A DNA stretch of 64,000 nt, taken from the NCBI GenBank assembly GCA_963767005.1, contig CAVYCN010000008.1:32001-96000 (forward strand), in the 5' to 3' direction. The position numbers and the translations under genes are program-made. Origin of the DNA: an uncultured Actinomycetes bacterium (GTDB lineage Bacteria > Actinomycetota > Thermoleophilia > UBA2241). Shown here piece after piece: positions 30,146 to 38,912 of the stretch. Every line of letters starts with the position of its first letter. Position 1 is the stretch's first letter. Below the pieces are notes generated by a model. That model was given only the letters and a program-made list of their open reading frames with translations. It had not been told where the DNA came from and did no database searches.

Positions 30146-31255
30146 ATGGACAAGGACACCTCATCCGAGGAGCCTGCGCGGCCAACGCCGCCCACGCCGG
30201 ACGAGCAGCCGTCGACGCTACGCGCCCTGCTCAGGTGGCTGCCCGTCCGCCACATGATCTGGTTTGGCGTGGCGATCGTCGCGCTCTACTTCGTGTGGCC
30301 GCCGCTGCTCGGCATCTTTTCGCAGCTGCCCAAGCTACGCGGCATCTTCTGGCTGTGGTTCGTGCTCATGGCCCTGCTCGAGGTCGCGAGCTTCGCCTGT
30401 GCCTGGGGCCTCATGCGCCTCACGCTGAACGAGCGTAACTGGTTCCTGATCGCCACGGCCCAGCTCACCAGCAACGCGGTCAGCCGCATGCTGCCCGGCG
30501 GCGCCGCGTCCGGCGGCACGGCCAGCTACCAGATGTTCACCGCGCGCGGCGCGCGCCCTGAGCGGGTCGTGTCGGGGCTCACCGCGACCACGCTGGTCTC
30601 GACCGCGGTCCTCGTGTCGCTGCCGGTGCTGTCCTTGCCGGCCATCCTGTTCGGCGGCCTCACCGTCGCCCGCACGCTGCTGCACGCGCTCGTCTACGGG
30701 ATGGTCGTCTTCACGTTGATCCTGGCGGCCGGCGCCGTCGCGCTGTTCGCCGACGAGCCGCTGCGCGCCGTGGGCACGCTCGCGCAACGCGGCCGCAACC
30801 GCCTGCTGCGGCGGCGCAAGCCGGTCCACGACCTGCCCGACCGGCTGATCGACGAACGCGACCTCATCAGGAGCATGCTCGGCCGGCGCTGGTGGGAGGC
30901 GCTGCCCTACGCCGCCGGCAACTGGCTGCTCGACTACACCGCCCTGCTCGCTGCCCTTGCGGCCACCGGCGCGCATCCGCGCGCCTCGCTCGTGCTCATC
31001 GCCTACGTCGTGGCCGCCCTGCTCGGCATGGTGCCGATCACGCCGGGCGGCCTCGGGTTCGTCGAGGTCGGCCTGGTGGCGAGCCTCGGTCTGGCCGGTG
31101 TCGGGGCGGCCCAGGCGACGCTCGCCACGCTGGCCTATCGTCTCGTCGCCTTCTGGATGCCCATCCCTGCGGGCGGCGTCGCGTACGCCCTGTACCTGCG
31201 CCGGTTCGGCCACAAGGACGCCCCGCCGGCGGCCGGCGGCACGTCGGGCTCGTAG
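30146..31255 (+). CDS. Lysylphosphatidylglycerol synthase TM / UPF0104 flippase-like membrane protein
   Basis: Multi-TM; PITPGGLGFVE and YRLVAFW motifs. Confidence 0.8.
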   Translation: MDKDTSSEEPARPTPPTPDEQPSTLRALLRWLPVRHMIWFGVAIVALYFVWPPLLGIFSQLPKLRGIFWLWFVLMALLEVASFACAWGLMRLTLNERNWFLIATAQLTSNAVSRMLPGGAASGGTASYQMFTARGARPERVVSGLTATTLVSTAVLVSLPVLSLPAILFGGLTVARTLLHALVYGMVVFTLILAAGAVALFADEPLRAVGTLAQRGRNRLLRRRKPVHDLPDRLIDERDLIRSMLGRRWWEALPYAAGNWLLDYTALLAALAATGAHPRASLVLIAYVVAALLGMVPITPGGLGFVEVGLVASLGLAGVGAAQATLATLAYRLVAFWMPIPAGGVAYALYLRRFGHKDAPPAAGGTSGS

Positions 31256-31429
31256 CTCGTCCGGCGAGCGACTGCGTCGTCGCCGCTCAGGCTGGCGTGG
31301 CTGCGCCGCGCGCCTCGTCCGGCGAGCAACTGCGTCGTCGCCGCTCAGGCTGGCGTGGCTGCGCCGCGCGCCTCGTCCGGCGAGCGACTGCGTCGTCGCC
31401 GCTCAGGCTGGCGTGGCTGCGCCGCGCGC
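31256..31429. repeat. 3 x 58-bp tandem double-hairpin (REP-like) repeat between convergent genes
   Basis: Units start at 31256, 31314 and 31372; one substitution in unit 2. Confidence 0.93.
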
Positions 31430-31723
31430 CTAGTCGAAGCGGCGGCGCAGGCGGCGCCAGTGGCGCCCGCGGTGCCCGGACGCATACGAGAGCAGGTCGA
31501 GCACGAAGCCGGCCAGCACGACGACCCAGCCGGCCTGCGAGGGGCCGTGGAGCGGCGCCGAGTAGACCAGCACGTAGAAGAGCGTCGTGAACGGCAGGAA
31601 CACGATGCCGAGCAGCGGCCACACGAACGTGCTGAAGGCGCGGTCGACGGCGCCGGTGAAGATCCAGAGAAAGAGCAGCACGAGGCGCGGCGCGAGCAGA
31701 CCGACGCAGCCGAGGCAGCACAC
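31430..31723 (-). CDS. Small hypothetical membrane protein
   Basis: Three hydrophobic segments, PLLGIVFLPFTTL, basic tail. Confidence 0.65.
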   Translation of the reverse strand: MCCLGCVGLLAPRLVLLFLWIFTGAVDRAFSTFVWPLLGIVFLPFTTLFYVLVYSAPLHGPSQAGWVVVLAGFVLDLLSYASGHRGRHWRRLRRRFD

Positions 31724-31734
31724 GCGGGGCCTCG

Positions 31735-32895
31735 CTAGCTCCCGAGCGCGGCGCCGAGCGCCGCCCCCAGGCGCCGGGCTGCCTCGGTGAGCTCGTCGGG
31801 CTCGTAGAGCGTGAACGCGAGGCGCAGACCGCCGTCGAAGCCGTCGAGGTGGCTGCGGCCGGCCGGCACGTACGACACGCCGGCCGCCTCGGCGGCCGGC
31901 AGCAGCGCGCTTGCGCGGGCGCCGTCGGGCAGGACCACCCAGACGAAGAAGCCGCCGCCTGGTGGGACCGTCCGGCAGCCCGCCGGCAGGTGGGCGGCCA
32001 GGGCGGCGAGGAGCACGTCTCGGCGCTCACGGTAGGCGGCGCGCAGGCCGGCGACGTGATCGTCGTACGAGCCGGCGGCCAGGTAGCGTTCGACGGCGAC
32101 GGCGGCGAACTGGCTCGTGCAGCCGCCGCTCTCGGTCACGCCGCTCCCGGCGATGCGCTCGACCTGCTCCGCGGCGCCGTTCACCCAGCCCACCCGCAGA
32201 CCCGGCGCCACCGACTTGGCGAAAGAGCCCAGGCGCAGCACGGTGCCGCGCGGCGCGAGGCTCCAGAGCGACGGCGGCGCGGGCTCGTCGTACCACAGCT
32301 CGCGGTACACGTCGTCCTCGACGACGAGCAGGCCGTGCGCGGCGGCGACGTCGACGAGGCGTCGCCGCCGCGCGCTCGCGAGCGAGACGCCGGTCGGGTT
32401 GTGAAAGGTGGGCACCGTGTACAGCAGGCGCAGGCCGGCGCCCGTGGCGCGCGCCTCGACGAGACGCCGCTCGAGGGCGTCGACGTCGAGGCCGTCGGCG
32501 TCGAACGGCAGCGCTTCGACCGTGACGGGATGGTCGCGCAGGATGCCGAGCGCGAGGCTGTAGGTCGGTCGCTCCACGAGCACGACATCGCCGGGCTCGC
32601 AGAACAGCGTGAGGAGCTGGTCGAGAGCCAGCGAGTTGCCGCCGCTCACGAACGTCTCTTCGAGGGCGGTCGCGTGCCCCTCGAGGCGGGTGAGCCGGTC
32701 GGCCAGCAGCCGGCGCAGGGCCGCGGGACCGGCGTTGGCGCCGTAGGGCAGGGCCTCGGCGCCACCGTCCGCGAGGGCGGCCCGGCAGGCGCCGGCCAGC
32801 GCCGCGGTCGGGAAGAGCGCCGGGTCGGGCTCGCCGAAAGCGAGCTCGATCACGCCGGGACGTGCGACCGTCTGTGTGGCCGCCCAGGTGGCCAT
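31735..32895 (-). CDS. PLP-dependent class I/II aminotransferase (Aro8/MocR-like)
   Basis: PTFHNPTG, EDDVY, GSFAKSVAPGLRVGW, PGGGFFVW. Confidence 0.9.
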   Translation of the reverse strand: MATWAATQTVARPGVIELAFGEPDPALFPTAALAGACRAALADGGAEALPYGANAGPAALRRLLADRLTRLEGHATALEETFVSGGNSLALDQLLTLFCEPGDVVLVERPTYSLALGILRDHPVTVEALPFDADGLDVDALERRLVEARATGAGLRLLYTVPTFHNPTGVSLASARRRRLVDVAAAHGLLVVEDDVYRELWYDEPAPPSLWSLAPRGTVLRLGSFAKSVAPGLRVGWVNGAAEQVERIAGSGVTESGGCTSQFAAVAVERYLAAGSYDDHVAGLRAAYRERRDVLLAALAAHLPAGCRTVPPGGGFFVWVVLPDGARASALLPAAEAAGVSYVPAGRSHLDGFDGGLRLAFTLYEPDELTEAARRLGAALGAALGS

Positions 32896-32900
32896 GCCGG

Positions 32901-33203
32901 TCAGACCGCCGGCCGGTCGGCCCGGCGCCGCCGGCGGCGGCCGAGCAGAAAGGCGACGAGCAGGGCGACGAGCGCGGCGAACACCGCCGGCAGCATGAGG
33001 TCGACCCAGAGCGGCGCTGTGAACGTCCAGGCCAGCCAGTGCACGTCGGCGCGCTGGCCGTTTTGCACGATGAAGGCGAGCAGGCCGAGCGCGAGCAGGC
33101 CGCACAGGAACGGCACCGCGCCGCGGCGCAGCATGGTCGTCGACGAGGTCGGCTCGTGCGGCCGGCCGCGCTCGTCGTCGTGTCTGCTGGGATCCTCGGC
33201 CAC
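32901..33203 (-). CDS. LapA/DUF1049-like small membrane protein
   Basis: FIVQNGQRADVHWLAWTFTAPLW between two TM helices; start uncertain. Confidence 0.6.
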   Translation of the reverse strand: MAEDPSRHDDERGRPHEPTSSTTMLRRGAVPFLCGLLALGLLAFIVQNGQRADVHWLAWTFTAPLWVDLMLPAVFAALVALLVAFLLGRRRRRRADRPAV

Positions 33204-33373
33204 CTTCGACACCTTCGCCTGCCTGCCCCGCCGGCGGCCGCCCGAAACGGGAGCCTCGCCGACCGTCCGCGGGCTGCGGCGGCGGCGCGCCGGCCGGGCC
33301 GTCACCCGCGGGCATCCAAGGATACCAAACGAGCGGGCTCGTAGAACGGGGGGGCGACGTATACTGCGCCGGC

Positions 33374-34369
33374 ATGGACACGCCGCTGCTGATCGTCAAT
33401 CCGTCGAGCGGGAGCCTGCGCGGCTCACGCGCCGTGCCGCGTTTCGCGGCCGCGGTCGAGCGTGCCCTGGGCGATGTCGACATCGAGCTCACGCAGCGGC
33501 ACGGGCACGCCGTCGAGCTCGCCCGGCGAGCGGCCGCCGCGGGGCGGCGGACGATCGTGGCCGTAGGTGGCGACGGCACCCTGAGCGAGGTCGTGAACGG
33601 CATCATGCAGGCCGCGGCGGCGGGCGGCGCCGGCCAGCCGGCGCCGCCCGCCCCCCGCGTCGGCCTCATCGGTCTGGGCACCGGCGGCGACTTCGGCCGC
33701 GGCCTGGGCATGGGCCGGCGTCTCGACGAGCACCTCGCCGTGATCGCCGCCGGCCGCACGCGGACGGTCGATCTGCTACGCGTCTCGTTTCGGGACCACG
33801 ACGGCGCGCCGGCCGAGCGCTACGTGGTAAACGTGCTCTCGGCCGGCCCCGGCAGCCTCGTCGACCGCTACGTCGATCGCCTGCCGGCGCTGGTCGGCGG
33901 GCGGGCCTCCTACGGCCTGGCGGCCGCCTGGGCGCTCGTGCGCACGCCGCGCGGTCGCCTGCGCCTGCGGACCTGGGACGATCCGGACGGCGAGGCGGTC
34001 GCCGAGCGCGAGCTCACCACCTGGTTGCTGGGCGTCTGCAACGGGCCGGTCTTCGGCGGCGGCATGCGGCTCGCGCCCGGCGCGCGGGTCGACGACGGCC
34101 TGATCGACGTGGTGTCGATCGGCCCTGAGCGCAAGCGCACCGTGGCCCGCCACCTGCTCTCGGTCTACCGTGGCCGCCACGTGCTCGTGCCCGGCGTCGA
34201 GGTGCTGCGCTGCCGCGGTCTCGAGCTGGAGCTCCTCGAGCCGACCGACCCCGCGCGCTTCGCGCTCGACGTCGACGGCGACGCGCTCGGCCGCCTGCCG
34301 CTGCGCGCCCGGATCGTGCCGGGCGCTCTGACCGTGCTCGCGACGCCCGGCCCGGGGACGTCGCCGTGA
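33374..34369 (+). CDS. Diacylglycerol/lipid kinase family protein (YegS/BmrU-like)
   Basis: IVNPSSG, GGDGTLSEVVNG, GTGGDF, FGGGMRLAP, DVDGD. Confidence 0.9.
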   Translation: MDTPLLIVNPSSGSLRGSRAVPRFAAAVERALGDVDIELTQRHGHAVELARRAAAAGRRTIVAVGGDGTLSEVVNGIMQAAAAGGAGQPAPPAPRVGLIGLGTGGDFGRGLGMGRRLDEHLAVIAAGRTRTVDLLRVSFRDHDGAPAERYVVNVLSAGPGSLVDRYVDRLPALVGGRASYGLAAAWALVRTPRGRLRLRTWDDPDGEAVAERELTTWLLGVCNGPVFGGGMRLAPGARVDDGLIDVVSIGPERKRTVARHLLSVYRGRHVLVPGVEVLRCRGLELELLEPTDPARFALDVDGDALGRLPLRARIVPGALTVLATPGPGTSP

Positions 34370-34722
34370 TCGAGCTGCCGGACGACGACGAGGCGCTGCT
34401 CGCCGAGTGCGACGTGACGACCTTCCGCGCCGGCGGGCCGGGCGGCCAGTACCAGAACACGACCGACAGCGGCGTGCGGCTGCGGCACCGTGCGAGCGGC
34501 ATCGTCGTGGTGTGCCGGCGTGAGCGCAGCCAGCTTCGCAACAAGGCGACCTGTCTGGAGCGCCTGCGCGACAAGGCGGCGCGGCGCAACGCAGACGAGG
34601 CGCGCCTGCCGCGGAGGGCGCCCGCCGTCCCGCGGGCCGAGAAGGAGCGCCGCCTGGCCGACAAGGCGCACCGCGCGCGGCGCAAGCGCGAACGCAGCGC
34701 CCCCGCCGGCGAGGGTGACTAG
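34366..34722 (+). CDS. Peptide chain release factor-like protein (GGQ domain, ArfB-like)
   Basis: FRAGGPGGQYQNTTDSGVRL, RSQLRNK, basic C-terminal tail. Confidence 0.85.
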   Translation: MIELPDDDEALLAECDVTTFRAGGPGGQYQNTTDSGVRLRHRASGIVVVCRRERSQLRNKATCLERLRDKAARRNADEARLPRRAPAVPRAEKERRLADKAHRARRKRERSAPAGEGD

Positions 34723-34842
34723 GCGCGCGACGTAGTCACGCCTGCCTGAGCCCCGACGACGCAGTCGATCGGGTGACTAGGCGCGCGACGTAGTCACGCC
34801 TGCCTGAGCGTCAACGATGGAACCGTTTGACGGACTAGGCGC
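34713..34842. repeat. 58-bp-period repeats of the same family (inverted orientation); 2 units plus a partial third
   Basis: ACTAGGCGC recurs at 34718, 34776 and 34834. Confidence 0.85.
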
Positions 34843-34932
34843 CTGCCGGGGTCGAAGACGGCAAACGAGTGCCGCCCAAGCGAACCGGTCTCGGGCGAGG
34901 GGGTAGAATCCCTCTGATGTGGCGGAGAGGAC

Positions 34933-36585
34933 ATGTCTGACGCGGCGTTCGCGGCGCCGCGCGCGGCCCGGAGGCCGCCCCCGGTACGTCGCGTGGTGCT
35001 GCTGGTCGTCGGCTCGCTCGCCGTGATCGCCGCGGCGGCGCTCGTCATGCGGCTGATCGGCTTCGACGGCTGGGACGCGCCGGCGCACCTGTACAAGATC
35101 GCGGTGCTGCACCGCGGCTCGCTGCTGTGGGACAACGAGTGGTACGGCGGCGCCTATCAGCTCGTGAGCTATGGCTTCGTCTTCTACTGGGTGGCCCAGT
35201 TCATCAACTACACCGTGCTCGTGGTCGTCTCGGCGGCCGTGCTGCCCCTCCTCTTCTACGTCTACATGCGCCGCATCTACGCGGTGACCGACATCCTGCC
35301 GTCGGCAGCCCTCGCCGGCGTGCTCGCCGTGTATCTGGCAAACGGTCAGGATCCGTTCCTGTTCGCGCTCGCGCTCACCTTCGGCGGTCTGGTGGCCGAC
35401 GCCTGCGGCCGGCGTCTGCCGGCGGCCGTCCTGATCGGCGTGGCCAGCTTCGCCAACCCGGTCGCGGTCGCGCTCGGCGCCATCTTCCTCGTGGCCCAGT
35501 ATCTGGCGCGCCCGGAGCGCCGCGCCGGCCTGCACCGCCTCGCCCTCTTCCTCGTGCCGTTCTTCGTCGCCCGCCTGGTGCTCACGCTGTTCTTCTGGGA
35601 GGCGTCGAGCTACACCTACGCCGGCTTCGAGGTCCTCATCTACTCGTCGTTCGGGGCGGGCGGCGTCGCCCTCGCCCTGGTGTCCGACGACCCCCAGCGC
35701 CGCGCCAAGGCGATCCTGTTCGGCACCTTCGGCGCCGTCGCCCTGATCGCCGCCCTTCTGCCGAGCAACCCCATGGGCGGCACCTTCGGGCGTTTCTTCT
35801 TCGTCTTTGGCGTGCCGCTGTTTCTCACGGTGCGGCGTGTGCTGATGCCGCGTGTCGTCGTGGTCGGCATCCTGGTCGGCGTCGCGGTCGGGCAGCTCAT
35901 CCTGCCGGCCGGCCACTTCGTGAGCCCGGCCGAGGGGGTCTCGACCAAACCGGCCTTCTTCGCGGGCGCCCTGGCCTTCGCCGCCGCTCACTACGACCCC
36001 GACTACCGCTACCACGTCGTGGCGCTCTCCAACCACTGGGAGGCGTACTACTTCCCGGTCGACGGCTACGCCATCACCCGAGGCTGGTACCGGCAGTCGG
36101 ACGCTCTGCACAACGAGCTGCTCAACCAGCCGACCTTCAGCGCGGACCAGTACGTCGACTGGCTGCGCGGGATGGGTGTCGAGTATGTGTTCCTGCCGCA
36201 CGCGCCGCTCGACACCTCAGGCCCCCAGGAGACCGCCATCCTGACGACCGACCCGCGTTTCACCGAGGTCTACGGCAGTCCGGACTGGACGGTCTACCGG
36301 CTGCAGGGGGCGGAGCCCATCGTCGTGTCGCAGGACGGCCTCGGCACCGCCCACGTGACGGCGTTCGACCGCGAGTCGATCGCGCTCGCCGTGTCGCGGC
36401 CCGGCTCGTATCTCGTGAAGGTCAGCTGGTCGCCGTACTGGCGGGTGGCCGCGGGCGCAGGCACGCTCACCCCCGGTCCCGACGATTTCATGGTGCTCCA
36501 CGCCCCGGCGGCAGGTGTGATCGACCTGCGTATCGTGGTCACGCCCGACGTCCTCTGGGACGAGCTCGTCACCCGTCTCGGCTGA
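34933..36585 (+). CDS. Polytopic membrane protein with C-terminal extracellular domain (possibly GT-C glycosyltransferase-like)
   Basis: About 10 TM helices, LWDNEWYGG and ITRGWYRQ; function is inferred only. Confidence 0.6.
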   Translation: MSDAAFAAPRAARRPPPVRRVVLLVVGSLAVIAAAALVMRLIGFDGWDAPAHLYKIAVLHRGSLLWDNEWYGGAYQLVSYGFVFYWVAQFINYTVLVVVSAAVLPLLFYVYMRRIYAVTDILPSAALAGVLAVYLANGQDPFLFALALTFGGLVADACGRRLPAAVLIGVASFANPVAVALGAIFLVAQYLARPERRAGLHRLALFLVPFFVARLVLTLFFWEASSYTYAGFEVLIYSSFGAGGVALALVSDDPQRRAKAILFGTFGAVALIAALLPSNPMGGTFGRFFFVFGVPLFLTVRRVLMPRVVVVGILVGVAVGQLILPAGHFVSPAEGVSTKPAFFAGALAFAAAHYDPDYRYHVVALSNHWEAYYFPVDGYAITRGWYRQSDALHNELLNQPTFSADQYVDWLRGMGVEYVFLPHAPLDTSGPQETAILTTDPRFTEVYGSPDWTVYRLQGAEPIVVSQDGLGTAHVTAFDRESIALAVSRPGSYLVKVSWSPYWRVAAGAGTLTPGPDDFMVLHAPAAGVIDLRIVVTPDVLWDELVTRLG

Positions 36586-36820
36586 CGTTCCGCGCAGGCC
36601 GGCCGCTGGCCGCGCGCGGCGGGCCTGGCGCGGCGCGCTGCGTCGCGCCGGCTCCAGGCTCGCTTGCGGCCTCGCGGGTCGATGGTTAGAGTACGGGATC
36701 GGGTCGTTCCCCAAGCTCATGCGTCGGGTTCCGTCCGGCCGTCCCCGACCTTCGGCCACTCCTGCCCCTCGCTCGCTTGCGGTGCGGCTTGCGGCTCCCT
36801 TGTGTGACGGCGGAGGATCC

Positions 36821-37180
36821 ATGAGTGACGAGTATGTGAGATGGCGTAAGAAGGCCCGCAGCCGCGACCTGACCGGTCTCGGCTGGCTCGAAGCCGAGAT
36901 CCTGCGCATCGTGTGGGACAAGGGTGACGTGAAGGTGCGCGACGTCTACGAGGAGCTGCGCCTGCGACGGAGGATCGCCTACACCACCGTCATGAGCGTG
37001 CTGCGCAACCTGCACGTCAAGGGGCTGCTCGAGCAGGACAGACAGCCTGCGGGCTACGTCTATCGCGCCATCGTGTCGGACATCGACGTCGCCAGAGGCA
37101 TCCTCGACGACGTGATCGAGAAGATCATGGGCGGCCGCGTCGAGCCCTTGCAGGAGTACCTCGACTCATACCGGGGGTAA
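36821..37180 (+). CDS. BlaI/MecI/CopY family transcriptional regulator
   Basis: LEAEILRIVW, VRDVYEEL, IAYTTVMSVLRNL; GGAGG RBS. Confidence 0.88.
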   Translation: MSDEYVRWRKKARSRDLTGLGWLEAEILRIVWDKGDVKVRDVYEELRLRRRIAYTTVMSVLRNLHVKGLLEQDRQPAGYVYRAIVSDIDVARGILDDVIEKIMGGRVEPLQEYLDSYRG

Positions 37181-37230
37181 GCCGGGCGCCGGCGTCGCGG
37201 CGTCGCGTTCGCGTGCGAAAGGCGGAGCAC

Positions 37231-38850
37231 ATGCCAGCGAGCGTCACCGACCTCGTGAAGCGACTCGTCGACCGCGTCGCCGCGGCCGAACCGGTGATCG
37301 CCACGCAGCTCGGCATGAGCGAGCACGCCGACGAGCTGCCCGACCTCTCGGCGCCCGCCCTCGTCGCCTACCTGAGCGACGTCCGCCGGCTGGGCGAGCG
37401 TCTCGAAGAGGCGGCCGCCGCCGGTGGCGCCGACGCGATCGACGCGGTCACCGGTGGGCAGATCGCGCGTCGCGTCGCGCGGGCGTACGACATGCGCGGC
37501 GTGCAGCGCTTGCGGCCCGGCCTCTACCTCGATGCCGCCTACGGCGTCCTGCTGCTCATGATCAAGGAGATCGGCAGCCCCGACGAGCGGGTCACGGCGA
37601 TGCGCGGGCGTCTCGAGGCGCTACCGGGCGTGCTCGAGGAGGGCCTCGCCAACCTGCGGGGCCCCCTGCCGCTACCCTACGTGACGGCGGCCCTCGACGA
37701 CGCGCCCGGCGTCGCTGAGCTCGTCGGCGAGGCGGCGCCGCGCGCCGCCGCCGAGCTCGGCCGGCCCGGCGCCCTCGACGACGCCGCGGCCGCGGCCGCC
37801 GCTGCCGTCGCGCGTTTTGCCGCCGAGCTGCGCCGTCGCCACCTCGACGACGCCACACCCGAGGTCGCGGGTGGCCGTGAGCTGCTGGTCGACCTGCTCG
37901 CCCACGAGCACCTGCTCCGGGAGACGCCTGAGCAGATCGCCGCGGTCGGCCGCGCCGCGGTGGCCGACACGCGCGCCGCCATGGCCGAGATCGCCGCCGC
38001 GATGGGCCACGACTCGACCGACGCGGCGGTCGCCGCCGTCCAGGCCGACTGCCCGGCGCCCGAGCACCTGCTCGACAGCTACCGCGAAGCTCTCACGGCC
38101 GCACGGTGTTTCGTCGTCGAGCACGACATCGTGACGCTCGCGCCCGACGAGGAGCTCGTCGTCGAGTCCACGCCTCAGGCCCTGCGTGGCTCGCTGCCGT
38201 TCGCCGCCTACGAGGGTGCCGGGCCCTTCGATCGCGTGCAGCGTGGCTTCTACTGGGTGACGGAGCCCTCTGCCGACCTGACCGGCGACGACCTCGTCCG
38301 AGCCCTCGCCGGCCACCCCTTCGCCTCGATGGCGACCGTCGGAGCGCACGAGGCCTACCCCGGCCACCACACGCAGTTCGGCCGCGCCAACCGGGCCGCC
38401 ACTCTGGCCCACCGCGTGGCTTTCATCCCCGACGGCGGCATGCTGCTGATCGAGGGCTGGGCCTTCTACTGCGAGGAGATGATGGAGGCCGCCGGCTTTC
38501 TCGCCGCGCCGAGCGTGCGCCTCATGCGCCTGAACGATCAGCTCTGGCGCGCCTGCCGCGTGGTGATCGACATGGAGCTGCACCTCGGCCTCATGAGCTT
38601 CGACCAAGCGGTCGACTTTCTGTCGCGCGAGGCCCACCTCGAACGGTCAAAGGCGGCGCTCGAGGTGCGCTGGTACGTGGCCGCCCCCGGCTATCCCATG
38701 GCCTACTTCATCGGCAAGCGCGAGATCGCCGCGCTCGCGCGCGACTTTGCACGCCGGCGCTCGCCGTCGCTCAAGGTCTTCCACGACGAGCTGCTCGAGT
38801 GGGGCGCGACGACCCCGGCCCTGATCCGCAGGGGGATGGGGCTCGACTGA
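37231..38850 (+). CDS. DUF885 family protein (putative metallopeptidase)
   Basis: HEAYPGHHTQ, EGWAFYCE, WRACRVVID, PGYPMAYFIG. Confidence 0.85.
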   Translation: MPASVTDLVKRLVDRVAAAEPVIATQLGMSEHADELPDLSAPALVAYLSDVRRLGERLEEAAAAGGADAIDAVTGGQIARRVARAYDMRGVQRLRPGLYLDAAYGVLLLMIKEIGSPDERVTAMRGRLEALPGVLEEGLANLRGPLPLPYVTAALDDAPGVAELVGEAAPRAAAELGRPGALDDAAAAAAAAVARFAAELRRRHLDDATPEVAGGRELLVDLLAHEHLLRETPEQIAAVGRAAVADTRAAMAEIAAAMGHDSTDAAVAAVQADCPAPEHLLDSYREALTAARCFVVEHDIVTLAPDEELVVESTPQALRGSLPFAAYEGAGPFDRVQRGFYWVTEPSADLTGDDLVRALAGHPFASMATVGAHEAYPGHHTQFGRANRAATLAHRVAFIPDGGMLLIEGWAFYCEEMMEAAGFLAAPSVRLMRLNDQLWRACRVVIDMELHLGLMSFDQAVDFLSREAHLERSKAALEVRWYVAAPGYPMAYFIGKREIAALARDFARRRSPSLKVFHDELLEWGATTPALIRRGMGLD

Positions 38851-38912
38851 CGTCCGGCTGCTGCGCGCCGCGTGCCGTCGAAGGACTCCGTCGGCGCCGC
38901 TCGGCCTGCGTG

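Noticed and set aside
31256-31429. CRISPR array
   Set aside because: The units are near-identical along their whole length, with no unique spacers
36686-36820. Possible structured leader RNA before the BlaI-like gene
   Set aside because: Only short GC stems; no recognizable riboswitch motif
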